Assembly (NCBI GenBank): GCA_964016885.1
Contig: OZ024742.1
Coordinates: 176,204,001 to 176,268,000 of the forward strand
Source: Eledone cirrhosa
Lineage: Eukaryota
DNA: 64,000 nucleotides
Direction: 5' to 3'
Shown here: positions 1-11,479 of the stretch, piece by piece
How the letters are laid out: each line of letters opens with the position of its first letter
How positions within the stretch are numbered: position 1 is the first letter of the stretch
The notes under the pieces: model-generated
Databases searched by the model: none
Seen by the model: the letters and a program-made list of their open reading frames with translations, nothing else
Told to the model about the DNA's origin: nothing
Made by a program: the position numbers and the translations under genes

Positions 1-65
1 GAAACACCAACATATATATATATAAATATATACATATACATATATATTTACATGCACACACATAC

Positions 66-96
<31 letters not shown>

Positions 97-169
97 CACA
101 TATATATACATACACATATATATACATACACATACATACATACACACACACATACATACACACATGCAT

Positions 170-344
170 ACGTACTCACATATAAAAGGATACATATAAG
201 AACAAATAAGAATAGATAATCATAATAGGCCGTCACATACAAATAAGCAAATAAAAAATAAGGATTAACAAAATAAAAAATAAAAAAAATATTAAGTTGA
301 GAGTGATACAAGACGGCAAAATTAAAAATAAATATAAAAATAAG

Positions 345-378
<34 letters not shown>

Positions 379-560
379 GACCAAACGCACGTGGTAAGCA
401 AATGCACAAAAAAACATAAATATATATATATACAAACCCATACACATATATATATATACATGTACATACACACACAAACACATATATACATATACACACA
501 CGCATACGCATACATATAAATGTACAAGCACACCCCATACATATAAACACAGCACAGACA
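170..560 (-). mobile_element. PLE (Naiad-like) 3' UTR fragment embedded in TA/CA low-complexity DNA
   Basis: Shares blocks AGGCCGTCACAT, AAGTTGA-AG-GATACA and CACGTGGTAAGCAA with 27900-28040 (same orientation) and with 31255-31385 (reverse complement), which lie in the 3' UTR of the Naiad-like element. Confidence 0.6.
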
Positions 561-589
561 CAAAAAGTATGTACATACAAATACATATA

Positions 590-676
<87 letters not shown>

Positions 677-759
677 AAGTTTTATTTAAATTGTTGTGTC
701 ACAACGAGTAAATATTTATAACTGATATAAAAGCACTCAACAAATATTTGGAGTATATT

Positions 760-838
760 TACGATATTAAATAAATGGAAACTATATTTATAAAACCATA
801 TTTTTTTCATTATATATATTTCAGGGATATCATATTAA
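760..838 (-). mobile_element. Fragment of a hammerhead-bearing PLE terminal repeat
   Basis: Reverse complement closely matches 6905-6985, the segment from stem II/GAAA to the TA tract. Confidence 0.65.
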
Positions 839-850
839 TATATAAATATA

Positions 851-1025
851 AGATATTCCGAGTTGAGTCGGAGGTAACCACAGTAAGTAAGGTACTCAAT
901 ACATAGCAGAGTATAATAGTTTTAATACAGAAGAGCTTCTACAGGACGAGAACAGTTTCATTCGTGAGAAATCATCAGGAAGCTCTGAAATAGTTCTAGT
1001 CCTGTAGAAGCTCTTCTATATTAAA
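851..1025 (-). mobile_element. Short fold-back element with hammerhead ribozyme
   Basis: Inverted arms 921-960 and 986-1025, flanked by (TA)n. A related 3' segment lies at 46500-46595. Confidence 0.7.
932..986 (-). ncRNA. Minimal type I hammerhead ribozyme
   Basis: Minus strand reads agagcttc-CTGATGA-tttctcacgaat-GAAA-ctgttctcgtcct-GTA-gaagctct, with an 8-bp stem I. Confidence 0.7.
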
Positions 1026-1059
<34 letters not shown>

Positions 1060-1060
<1 letters not shown>

Positions 1061-2484
1061 GTTATACTTGGGGAGGGTCATATTTGTGTAATAATATTGC
1101 CAGAATTAATAACAGAGCACACTCACTGTTTGGTTGGTTTTCGCTTCTGTGTCTTTTATATCGGTTAATTTAATTTATTCGTTCCTCAATGTTACCATTG
1201 ACTGACCAACGGTCAAAAATACAGATATAATATAGGCACAAACACATATATATATAGTCTAACAAAGTTCTTTCGTTGCACATCTACAACATCGTCAGTG
1301 GTGCTATTATGTTTCCTCCTGTTGTATTGTATTCCTACGCCATCTTTATTTAGTCTGTTTATTTATTTATTTATTTGTTTTCTTCTCTGCGCATGCGTTT
1401 GCGTGTGTGTATAGTGTTTGATGTGTGTTCGTGTTTGGGTGACTGTGTATTGGTTATTGTATTCTATCTTAGTTTACTAGTGGGTGTTTATATGTTTTTG
1501 TTGTTATTGTGCTTTTGTATGTATTTATTTATTTATTTATACTTCTCTTAGGTTAGTATTGTTTGTTTGGGTGTTGTTACTCCATTCATCTTTTCTGTTT
1601 AGCCTTGGTCTTCTAAGTTCTATTTCGCGGGCCTCTCTGATTTGCCTATCTGCTGGGTCATTTCTGTTTAGATATTATTCTAATTTCTCTGTTGTCTATG
1701 TTACCGTCGTATTGTTGTCTGGCATGTTCGTATAGTACTGAATCGTTTTTTCGTCCTTTTATTTCCCCCTGTGTTGGTCCATCCTTTCACCTATGCTACG
1801 AGCTGTCTCACCTATGTATCTTGTTGTCATGTTTCTGCAAGTACCCTCTGTACATCTTATGCTATAGACTACGTTTCTAGTTTTACAGTTTATCCGGGGG
1901 TTTACTTTACATATAATACATTTCAAATTAGTACAGTGGGGCTTCTTAAAAGGGTAGGTTTGGCTGATCAGGTATTTTATGTTGGTTCCTGGCTTTCTAC
2001 CACCTTAATCTTTAAGTGGGTCTTTCTCAGAGCCTTTCTACACTGGTTAGCTAATTTCCCTCCAGGGGTAGCGTCCACAAACATGACACTCTTGTATCTC
2101 TGGTTGTCGTACCATGAGGTGGCTTTCCCTATCATATGTCTAGTCCTATCTAAGCTATTCCATGATTTGCTCCTGTATAATGGGCAAATTCCTTTCATGT
2201 CCTGTTCTATGACGGTCTAAAACTTCTCCGTGGCTCCTTCGTACACTCTGATTCTGTCTCTTTGGTTGTAGCCAGAGAACTACAGCGGTTGATGAAGTGT
2301 TGGATGTGTCTTTCCATTTCTGTTGGGTCGCACATGCAGGACACGTTCTTCGTCACTTGTACCAAGTCTGCGATCAGAATATTAAACTTAGCAGTACTGG
2401 ACATTGCTGAGTTTTTGAGTATCAGGTATTTGGAGGCCATGGGTTTAGCGTAGTGTGAGTGTAGAATTTGGGCCCTCTCGTCTA
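1060..2484 (-). mobile_element. 5'-truncated Penelope-like element (RT thumb, GIY-YIG, 3' UTR, hammerhead at ~1262-1300)
   Basis: Minus-strand peptides ILHSHYAKPMASKYLIL and WYDNQRYKSVMFVDATPGG, plus a YIGETARS motif. Collinear with 14778-16030. Core CTGACGA...GAAA at 1298-1271. Confidence 0.85.
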
Positions 2485-4455
2485 GATGCGACATGTGAGT
2501 AATAACGCGTTTTGAATTTGTCTTGTGTCATACCCACATATCGTTCGCTGTTAGCTGGTTGGTTGTTGCTGATGGTTGTCACTTTAGCCGCATATACAAT
2601 GGCCTTGGTGTTGCAATTACCTTGTAATGGGCATTCACTTTTGACTCTACAGGAGCAATTTTAATGTTCTCTGGGTGATTTCTTATTGATGATATAAGAT
2701 TTAATAGGGGGGACAGCAGGAGTAGCTAATTTTGACACATGTCGCATCTTTCCGACATCGAGAAAAAAGATTCACAACAGCTCTGGCTAGCAGAATATGG
2801 GATTTGAAAGACCAAGGTATCCAATATAAATTGGATTGGTCAATTTTGAACCAATCTAAAGAATGTGCAAGAGGAACAAGAAGATGCACGCTCTGCATAA
2901 GTGAAAAATAGTGGATTTTACAGAACCTTAAATCACCAAAAGCCTGCCTAAATACAAAAACAGAAATTTTCACCAGTTGCCCATACATGAAATCACACTT
3001 GCTTTCCAGCTCATATAAACTTAACTCACTTTCAGATACTTATCCTCCATAAACTCTTATTCTTCACTTTCCTTAAATTATCCTCTTTACAGACTTCTCT
3101 TTCTGATTTACTTTCATTTTTAACTTTATTTTTTATTTTATTTTTATTTTTACTTCACATCCACCAGTAACACCCCCCGACTTTTCGATTCACTTACCTA
3201 ATATCTTGACATTGCACATTTTACTTCGCCATTTTCTTTCACTACCTGATAATACTTGTCACTTGCGTTTTCCACTCCAGATATATTCTGTTGTTTCGCA
3301 GCCGATTTTATATTTGTACTCATTTATTCATATGGCTGGTTTATAATCTGTATCTATGTGTGTGAGTGTGCTTATGTGTGTATACGTTCTGTATATGTAT
3401 ACGAACGCCTCCGTATGTGTGCGTGCGTATGTATATATATGTGTGTTTTTATATGTATATGTTCTTTTTATATCTATGTTTTTTACATACTTATTTATAC
3501 GTGTGTGTGTATGCGGGTGAATGTATGTGTATGTATATGTGTGTATATGTATATGTATGTATGGGTGTGTATGTATATATGTATATATATATATAGTCGC
3601 GTACGTACGTGTGATTAGATATACATGTGGCTATATATATATATATATATACGTGCCTCGTGTGTATGTATGTACGCATGCATGCGCTTTTAACTGTACG
3701 TATTTGTGTGTATAAATATATATATATATATATATGTGTATGTACGTGCATACCTATGTTTGTTTTCTTTTCTCTAGTGTTAATTGATTACTTTCTCTTT
3801 GATTTAAAAAATATTTTTTCATTCTCATATATTGTTTCATTTTTATACATATATCGAGAATGACACTTCTTTTTACTATTACACTCCCTTCCCTCTTTAT
3901 CTTCCGCATATAAGTGATCGCGCGTGTGTGTGTGTTTATACGCGTGCTTTCATACTCGTATGTGCATTTAATACCTGTATCTGGATGGGTGTCAACTATA
4001 TTATCATACAATTTCTTTTTCAACTCATATTATATACGTATTTGTGGTCACATATACACAAATATACTTGCCCTCATATGTGTACTTACGCACACATTTT
4101 CACCATACACATGCATTTGTACATACACACATATGTACATTTGTGAGTATATACATACATATACACATACCCTAACTATATTTCTTATTTTTTTTATATA
4201 TCTCTTGCATTACTTTTATTTATATATTTTTTGCATTCCTTGAAGAGATTTTTCAAATATTTCACTATGTTTTAAATTGCCTTGTCCGATGAACGAATGA
4301 GGACGTTTTTCGTATTCGTCTTATTCAGGAAACCTCTGGTAATGAGGTAATTATATTGTATTCTTTATTATACATAAAATTTTGTTCCTTTACTTACATA
4401 GAGCACTCTTCACCCCTATGACTTTTTCAATTTTCAACGGAAACTTCAATACTTA
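2485..4455 (+). mobile_element. 5'-truncated Naiad-like PLE with 5' inversion, 3' UTR and hammerhead pLTR
   Basis: 2736-2485 (minus) encodes VKISYSCC..CSC..CPLQGNC..IVY..YVGMTQDKFKTRYYSHVAS. From 2736 the plus strand continues HVASFRHREK..WDLKD..CTLC..CLN.KTEIF.SCP. Homologous to 29917-30440; the terminal repeat resembles 28110-28230. Confidence 0.85.
4279..4348 (+). ncRNA. Hammerhead ribozyme (core variant CCGATGA)
   Basis: gccttgt-CCGATGA-[gaatgaggacg..cgtcttattc stem II]-GAAA-cc-tct-gGTA-atgaggt; stems I-III can form. Confidence 0.65.
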
Positions 4456-4673
4456 TATATATATATATATATATTTCTCAGAGCGGGTGATGTGTTGTTT
4501 CCTTGAGCAAGACACTTTATTTTGATTCATCTAAACCATACTAGTGTGGATAAATGGATGTTAAAATGTGATGATGATGATGTAGGGAGAGAGATATGTA
4601 AAATCTGAACTGTCGCACGGAGCGGTTTCGGTTTGTCTGTTCATCAAGCTATTCCAAGGGTATATATATGTAT

Positions 4674-4706
<33 letters not shown>

Positions 4707-4708
4707 CA

Positions 4709-5736
4709 CTAGTTGGCCTGTCCGGCTGGCACCCGGCTAGGTATACCGGCATTTTATCATTTCAGGAACAACCCCCCCCCCCCCCTCCCCTCCAGTGCAA
4801 CGATAACACACTCTCTCTCAAGTCAGCGAGTGGGGGGGGGGGGGGTTAACATGCTCTGATGTTGGGTTTGAATAGTTAAAAATCGGACTCAGTTTTGCAA
4901 GGACCTGTATGGCACACTGATGCTGTAATGCAATGTGGATGCAATCAGCTTGTGAACTCACCTGCTCCTCTCTGGGTTGTTCTGTCTGTGTTGCTCTCCT
5001 GCCTTTTGCATGGGACCTCAGTTGCTGAAGGCGAGACTGGCGTTATTTTTTAGACTGGGCTGATCGAATGGCTCTCGCTTGAGTCCTCATCTGCCGAAGG
5101 CGACGCTCATAATCATCTTCAGACACTCTTACTCTAATAACATTTTTTCTTTTTGAAAATCTGATCTTGCGGCCAGGCTGGGACTTTTTGGGTGGCATAT
5201 CAGCAGTAACAACGATGATAAGCCGTTTGTGCTTTCATGAAATAAATATGTTTGGTAATATTTTGTTTTTGTGTATGCAAAGATATCTGTACCCGAATAT
5301 ATGTATTAAAATAACAGATTAAATGTTAAGCAAAGAATCGCTGATTTAACCCTTAACAGGATCTTCTGAAACTAAAAAAAATCAATTTGTGAGCGCAGAA
5401 GTAAATATTTCGGAAAACGTTATCTAATGCAGACACCAAACATACAGAGACATATTATAAGGGCGCGACGTTATAGCTATGTATCTATCTAAAAAGACAG
5501 ACTAAGATAGAGTGAGGAATGTCGTATAACCGGAAGTGTTGACGTTTCAAATTTTAAAGAAATGAACATTTAAATGTCTTTCATCTTTTAACAAAATTCA
5601 GTAGACAAAAATACCCTCACCTTTTTACTTGGAAAAAGTTACATCTATGGTGAAAATTTGGTGTTGTTTGGTCCAGCCGTTTTGCGAAAAGTTTGTTACA
5701 TACAGACGGCCGTCAACTTTATATTATAGATATAGA
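4709..5736 (-). mobile_element. Non-autonomous Helitron
   Basis: Minus strand starts A|TCTATATCTATAATATAAAG and ends with a GC-rich hairpin (CCGGGTGCCAGCCGG) followed by CTAG|T, the canonical TC...CTAG termini at an AT target. Confidence 0.75.
4962..5198 (-). pseudogene. Helitron RepHel N-terminal fragment with 23-aa STPR-like repeats (one internal stop)
   Basis: MPPKKSQPGRKIRFSKRKNVIRVRV-SEDDYERRLRQMRTQARAIRSAQ-SKK*RQSRLQQLRSHAKGRRATQ-TEQPREEQ, followed by a CAG|GTGAGT donor-like site. Confidence 0.6.
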
Positions 5737-6878
5737 TATGTGCGTGTGTGTGTGTGGGGGGGTATACATATCTATCATTATCATCACCATCATCACCGTT
5801 TAATATCTATTTTCTGCCCCAGTGTTGGATACACTATGTATGTATATATATATATTCTAGTGTTTTTGCCTCAAAAATGCACCTGGTAAGGTATTTGGTG
5901 GCAATTAAGGCCCCTCACTGTAAAAACCATGTTTCATTTTACTCTTGAGTGAAAATTCCTCCAGTCTGGGTGATAAGAATGGCATCTAGCAGTAGAAAGC
6001 TAAACAAAGAAATGGTTGGGAGAACCCTTCGGTTGTGTTAATGACATGGCAACCTCTCTAGTGCCCTTCATAGCATGTGGGACCACAGGTAATTAAGATG
6101 CAGAAGGCCCTGCCTAACTGGAAATTCAACAACTCTGCTTCACTACTAAGTTTGTCTATGTAGACCCATCCAACACCTGATAGCTGGGAAAGCAGACAAT
6201 AAGCAATGATGATGATACATATGTATACGTATTATATCTGTGTGTATGCCATCACCATCGTAGATGTATATGCTATAAATATGTATGCACATATCTGAAT
6301 ATGCATCTCAGTATACGAAAAAAATTATTTCTTTTCTTATATTACAGACAGGAAATGCTGTCTACTAAAAAATAGTAACTGGAAATATATGAAGATTAAT
6401 GAGAAATTGTCTGCAATAGTTTGCTACTAGGTGATGTTTACAAGGCACTACAACACCAAACCGTTAACATTATCCATAAGTAAGGAATTGAAAATATGCT
6501 AACATTTATTTCCTATACTACAAATTTATATTAATATACATATATGTTTGTATGTTTGTGTATGTGTGCATGCATGTATGTATGCGTCTATGTATGTATA
6601 TGTTGTATGTATATATATATATATATGTGTGTGTGTATATATATATATATGTATATAACTATGTAAATATATGTATATATATATATATGTATATATATAT
6701 GTTCTTTTCTCTCTCTCAGTCTTTTTTCTTTTTCTTTCTCTCCGTCTTTTTCTAAGTGTGCTTAACTCTATGACTTATTAAATCAATATAAACAAATCAC
6801 TATCCAGACAGCCTCCAAAAGTAATGGTTGTATTTTAAAAGGGTACGTCAAAGCTATTTATAAAACTGTTATATATTG

Positions 6879-6943
6879 TATTTTGTCTGATGAAGGCATA
6901 CCATAATTTAATGTGGTATCGCTGAAATATGTATAATGAAATA
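6879..6943 (+). ncRNA. Hammerhead ribozyme at the 3' end of a PLE-type UTR (~6540-6985)
   Basis: tattttgt-CTGATGA-aggc-ataccata..tgtggtat-cgct-GAAA-tatgt-ATA-atgaaata; about 8-bp stem I including GU pairs; followed by (TA)n. Confidence 0.7.
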
Positions 6944-6982
6944 AATATGGTTTTATAAATATAGTTTCCATTTATTAATATC

Positions 6983-7065
<83 letters not shown>

Positions 7066-7439
7066 AAGTTAAATGAATATATGAAGGATGAACATCTATA
7101 CAATTATAGAAGTGTTCGGATTGCAAATGACCAAGTTAGCTAGGTCGAAAGAATACTAATTTAACATAATATGGTTTGCAAGTCTCGATTTAAAATAATA
7201 AATCAATAAAAATAACAAACGTATATTGGCAATAGCCGTGATACCTGGACGAATTTTAAATCTGTTTAACAAATTTCAAATTTGTTTCGCAACAATTAAG
7301 TGAAAGTTACTATTCCTGTGCTCTTCTGTAGGTATCCAGAAATTGGTACCTTCTACTTCAAAATACTTAAGAAGACTGAGAAACATGTGTTGTTGAACGC
7401 ACGTGGTTCAGGGCCTAACCAAATAGCTCAAAGAAGGGA

Positions 7440-8290
7440 ATATTTCTGAGCCGTGTAATACAAATGAATATAAAAACACTTATTAGAAATACATACGCTT
7501 TTCAAAGACCTCCCTGTATAGATAAGAAATGTATAATCTGTAAACTAAGCCCCCATATTAACTGTAAAACTAGAAATGTAGTATATAAAATAAGATGTAC
7601 TGAAGGACAATGTAGAGATAAGAATATAGTGTACATAGGTGAGACAGCTCGTAGTATAGGAGAACGGATAAATGAACACTGGTGAGAGCTTCAGGATAGA
7701 AAAGAATCATCTGTACTCACCAATATGCTAAAATAGAACATAAGGGTAAATTAGAGAACATAGAAATAAAAATAGAATCTACACACAGAAAAGACGCAAT
7801 GTTTAGACAAATCACAGAGGCAATACACATAAATGAACTCCAAACAAAATTAAATAGAAAACATGAATGGAATAGCAACAAACAACCAACCAGTAACATG
7901 TAAATAAACAAATAAATAAACAAATATAAACACACACAGACACCCGGATGTAACACATGCGCAAACTAAGCACACAACACACACAAAAAGAAGATGGCGT
8001 AGGATAAAACAAAGGAGAGGCAAAAAAAACAAAGAAAAGAATCTCCAGTCACTGAAGAGGTCACTTAATGTGAAACGAAAGAACTTTGACAATATATGAA
8101 CAACCGCCAGGTTGTGGAACCAACCAGCCAACCGGAAATTTATAAATTCTTAAATTTATGAATTTAATTTATAATAAATTGGAGTGAAAGCATATGGTGC
8201 GTGTGCTTCTTATTGGCAACATGACCTTCCCAAAGCATAACAATATATGGTTTCAACACACGTTTTCAGATAAAGAATCTTGCTAAACAA
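7440..8290 (+). mobile_element. Penelope-like element 3' fragment (GIY-YIG endonuclease, 3' UTR, hammerhead 8048-8090)
   Basis: CIICK..NCKTRNVVYKIRC..C..YIGETARSIGERINEH and RQITEAIHI..LNRKHEW. Ribozyme reads gtca-CTGAAGA..GAAA-gaa-CTT-tgac. Diverged relative of 1060-2484 and 14285-16030. Confidence 0.85.
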
Positions 8291-8749
8291 ATTCAGAAAC
8301 GAAATATATATATATATATATGTATATAAACATGAATATATATATATTTTTATATATGTGCGTATAAATGTGTGTATGTATATGTAAATATATATTTGTA
8401 TGTATATAGAGATATGTAAAATCCTGACTGCGATGCCAAGCGGTCTCAGCACCGCAGACAATATAATATATAATTATATATATATATGGAAAAGAATGAA
8501 ACGAAATTTCATTTCTCACTCTTAGTACGGCTGATACCTAAATATAAGTATGTATACGTACATACATATATGTGTACAGACGTACAGTATATGTATATAT
8601 ATACATACATGCACACATATATATATGTACGTATGGGTTTACCGAACATTTATTATAATGTTCGGTTTGTTTGTAAACAGACAGCCCGAATTACGCCGTA
8701 CATATATATATATATCTACATATATACTCAAAAATAACTATATATATAT

Positions 8750-8885
8750 ATCAGAGAAACAACAAACAGAGGTACAAAACGTCTTAAGAGTTGCACGCTT
8801 TATATTGAAAAGGAGAAAGAAAGTCCGACATGTCAGGCTTTAGCCCTTCTTCAGGAGTACAAAAGTAGAGACAGGATCACAAAGA
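8750..8885 (-). mobile_element. Solo pLTR-like remnant with degenerate hammerhead
   Basis: Minus strand CTGAAGA-agggc-taaa-gcct-GACA-t-GTC (GAAA mutated), between TA tracts. Confidence 0.5.
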
Positions 8886-9199
8886 ATATATATATATATG
8901 TGTCTATGTAGTATGTGTATATATGTTTGTGTATATATATGTGTATATTTGCATATATATGTATATATATATTTTGCTGAGTAGTTAGCAAATTGGATTT
9001 GGTAATCGTAAGGTTGTGATTTTGATTCCCAGACCAGGTGATGCGTTACGTCTTTGAGCAAGACACTTTATTTCACGTTGCTCCTGCTACCTAGGGTTGC
9101 ATCTGATAGAATATATTAGCTGTTGGAAAAACCAATGGAAACATTGATTCCGCTGTCTGATTTGACGAAAGTTGATCGACTGTTGATTTGTGTATATAT

Positions 9200-9335
9200 A
9201 TGTATGTTAAAGGTAAACAAAAATAACAACACAATCAGTACAGTATATGGATAGAATATATTATGTTAACGCTTGAAATAGCAGCAAGAGGGTCTTAACG
9301 TTTTGGACGCTAGTCCTTCATCAGAAGAAAGAATG
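9200..9335 (-). mobile_element. Solo pLTR-like remnant with degenerate hammerhead
   Basis: tctt-CTGATGA-aggac-tagc-gtcc-AAAA-cGTT-aaga; the G12>A change is consistent with CpG decay. A more decayed copy lies near 51070-51105. Confidence 0.55.
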
Positions 9336-9368
<33 letters not shown>

Positions 9369-9384
9369 AATATATATATATATA

Positions 9385-9693
9385 TCATCATCATCATCAT
9401 CATCATTTTACGTCTGCTTTTCCCTGCTTGCAAGGGTGGGACAAGAACTGATTCTGGCTTGATTTCTCTAGCTGGATGCATTTTCTAACACCAACCTCAT
9501 TTACAATGAGTGCTGGATGCTTTTTTGCCATGGCACCTCCACGGCTACTTTGCAGTGGAATGAGAGGGTAAACTGGAGCAATGTGAAATAAAGTGTCTTG
9601 CTCAAGGAAACAACACATCACCCGGACCGAGAATTGAACTCACAACATTTTGATTGCAAGGCCAATGCTCTAACCACTAAGCCATGTGCCTCC
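9385..9693 (-). mobile_element. tRNA-derived SINE, family A (RTE-like 3' tail)
   Basis: Head GGAGGCACATGGCTTAGTGGTTAGAGC (A box)...GAGTTCAATTCTC (B box), central CCTTGAGCAAGACACTT domain and (ATG)n tail. Confidence 0.9.
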
Positions 9694-9860
9694 ATATATA
9701 TATATATATATACATGTATAATGTATATATATATGTATATACACATAAATATATTATATATATATATATATGTGTATATATATATGTGTGTATATATGTA
9801 TATATATATGCATATATATATATATATATGTATATATATGTGTATATATTTATATGTATA

Positions 9861-9895
<35 letters not shown>

Positions 9896-9899
9896 GTAG

Positions 9900-11288
9900 G
9901 AGGTGAGTTTTATTGTAGTACAATAAAGCAATGCAGATATCGGATAAGAAGCACTCTACAGTTTGTGGGACTGGAGTATGCATAATATAAGATCAAAAGA
10001 TGGTTAAAGGAGTTCCATATATTTTATTATGCGCATTTCAAAAACAAACATCATCAAGCAATAATATTTGTGTTTTCATCAGATCTGTAGTCTCTGCCTA
10101 AATGAAAATTTACCATTATCTCTAACCTAGAATCCATAATAAATAGACGCTCAGATTTGTTTTCTATCTGCCTGCATAAATTCCATAGAACTTTTCACAA
10201 AGTATACAGTTAATATTCAATTCTTTATCCATTTAGAATCTTTTCTCAAAGGCACATATACATACACCTCTTTAAAATATACCCATCTACCTTACTTTAA
10301 AGGGCATTATACACTCTATAATACTCGTTTACTCATTACCCTCATTCTATCTTCTCGTAAAACAATAACATTTGTTTTTGACATTTTGAATATTCATCCG
10401 CAATCATTATTATTTTTTCTCTCTATCATAAATCTTTTTAATCTCAATTTCATCCTTAATTTATTATTATTTTTTTCTCCCCATCAACGAACTCATTATT
10501 AATACATATGAATTCAATATACAAACTTTAACTTCACATTATTTTTCTCAAATCCTTCTACACATAAACCTTAACATTTTTCTCTTCGCTAATTTTGAAA
10601 TTGCCACAATACATACATTTCTTCTTTTGACGTTAGAATATTCACCCACAATTATTATTTTTTTCTCTCTATCTTCATACATAATTTCCCTTCGTTAATT
10701 TTCAAATTCCTTTAATTTATACATTATCTTCCAACGGTTCCCAACCTCTCTATATTAAAACAATATATCTTTTTCTCAGTTATAAAAACTATCTCTTTCT
10801 CTCTATCACCCATCTCTCCCTCTCCACCTTCACTCTCATCTCCTCCCCCTTTTTTTTTCATCCTTCCCCCCCCTCCCTAAATAAAATATTTTTTCCTCGC
10901 ACATATCCTCCCTTCGTTAATTTTCAAAATTTTTAATTTATACAGTATCTTCCAACGGTTTTCAACCCCTCTATATAAAAAATATATCTCCTCTCAGTTA
11001 TAAAAACTATCTCTTTCTCTCTATCACCCATCTCTCCCTCTCATCTCCTTCCCTTTTCATCCTTCCCCCCCCCTCTCTAAATAAAGTATTTTTCCCAGTA
11101 TCACACATCAATCTAAAACCACTTTTCATATGTTGATTTAAAACTGCACTATCAACAAGTGTTTTTTTAGCCTTCATATCATGTTCTCCTGTTTTATCTG
11201 ATGAAAACACAAATATTATTGCTTGATGATGTTTGTTTTTGAAATGCGCATAATAAAATATATGGAACTCCTTTAACCATCTTTTGAT

Positions 11289-11295
<7 letters not shown>
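9900..11295 (+). mobile_element. Non-coding PLE-derived element with ~100-bp inverted arms and hammerhead
   Basis: Arms 9986-10084 and 11196-11295 are reverse complements. The pyrimidine-rich body has internal direct repeats (10687-10895 and 10908-11095). (TA)n on both sides. Confidence 0.75.
11190..11260 (+). ncRNA. Hammerhead ribozyme with palindromic stem III
   Basis: tgttttat-CTGATGA-aaacacaaatatt..gatgtttgttttt-GAAA-tgcgc-ATA-ataaaata; contains the ATGCGCAT palindrome. Confidence 0.8.
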
Positions 11296-11331
<36 letters not shown>

Positions 11332-11396
11332 GTGTATATATATGTATATATATATATGCGTATATATATGTATATATATATGTGTACATATATGTG

Positions 11397-11427
<31 letters not shown>

Positions 11428-11479
11428 GTACAGATATATTTATATATATATACATACACATATGTGTGTATATATATAT

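Noticed and set aside
7683-7685. In-frame TGA in a GIY-YIG frame as possible selenocysteine (some Naiad PLEs encode selenoproteins)
   Set aside because: It is not at a Cys position and sister copies have a GGG-type codon there. The Cys codons I translated in the Naiad-like copies are TGT/TGC, and no SECIS was recognised.
9620-9693. tRNA gene-like A/B box sequences (also 17445-17517, 19640-19710)
   Set aside because: They run directly into SINE bodies, so they are SINE heads and not tRNA genes.
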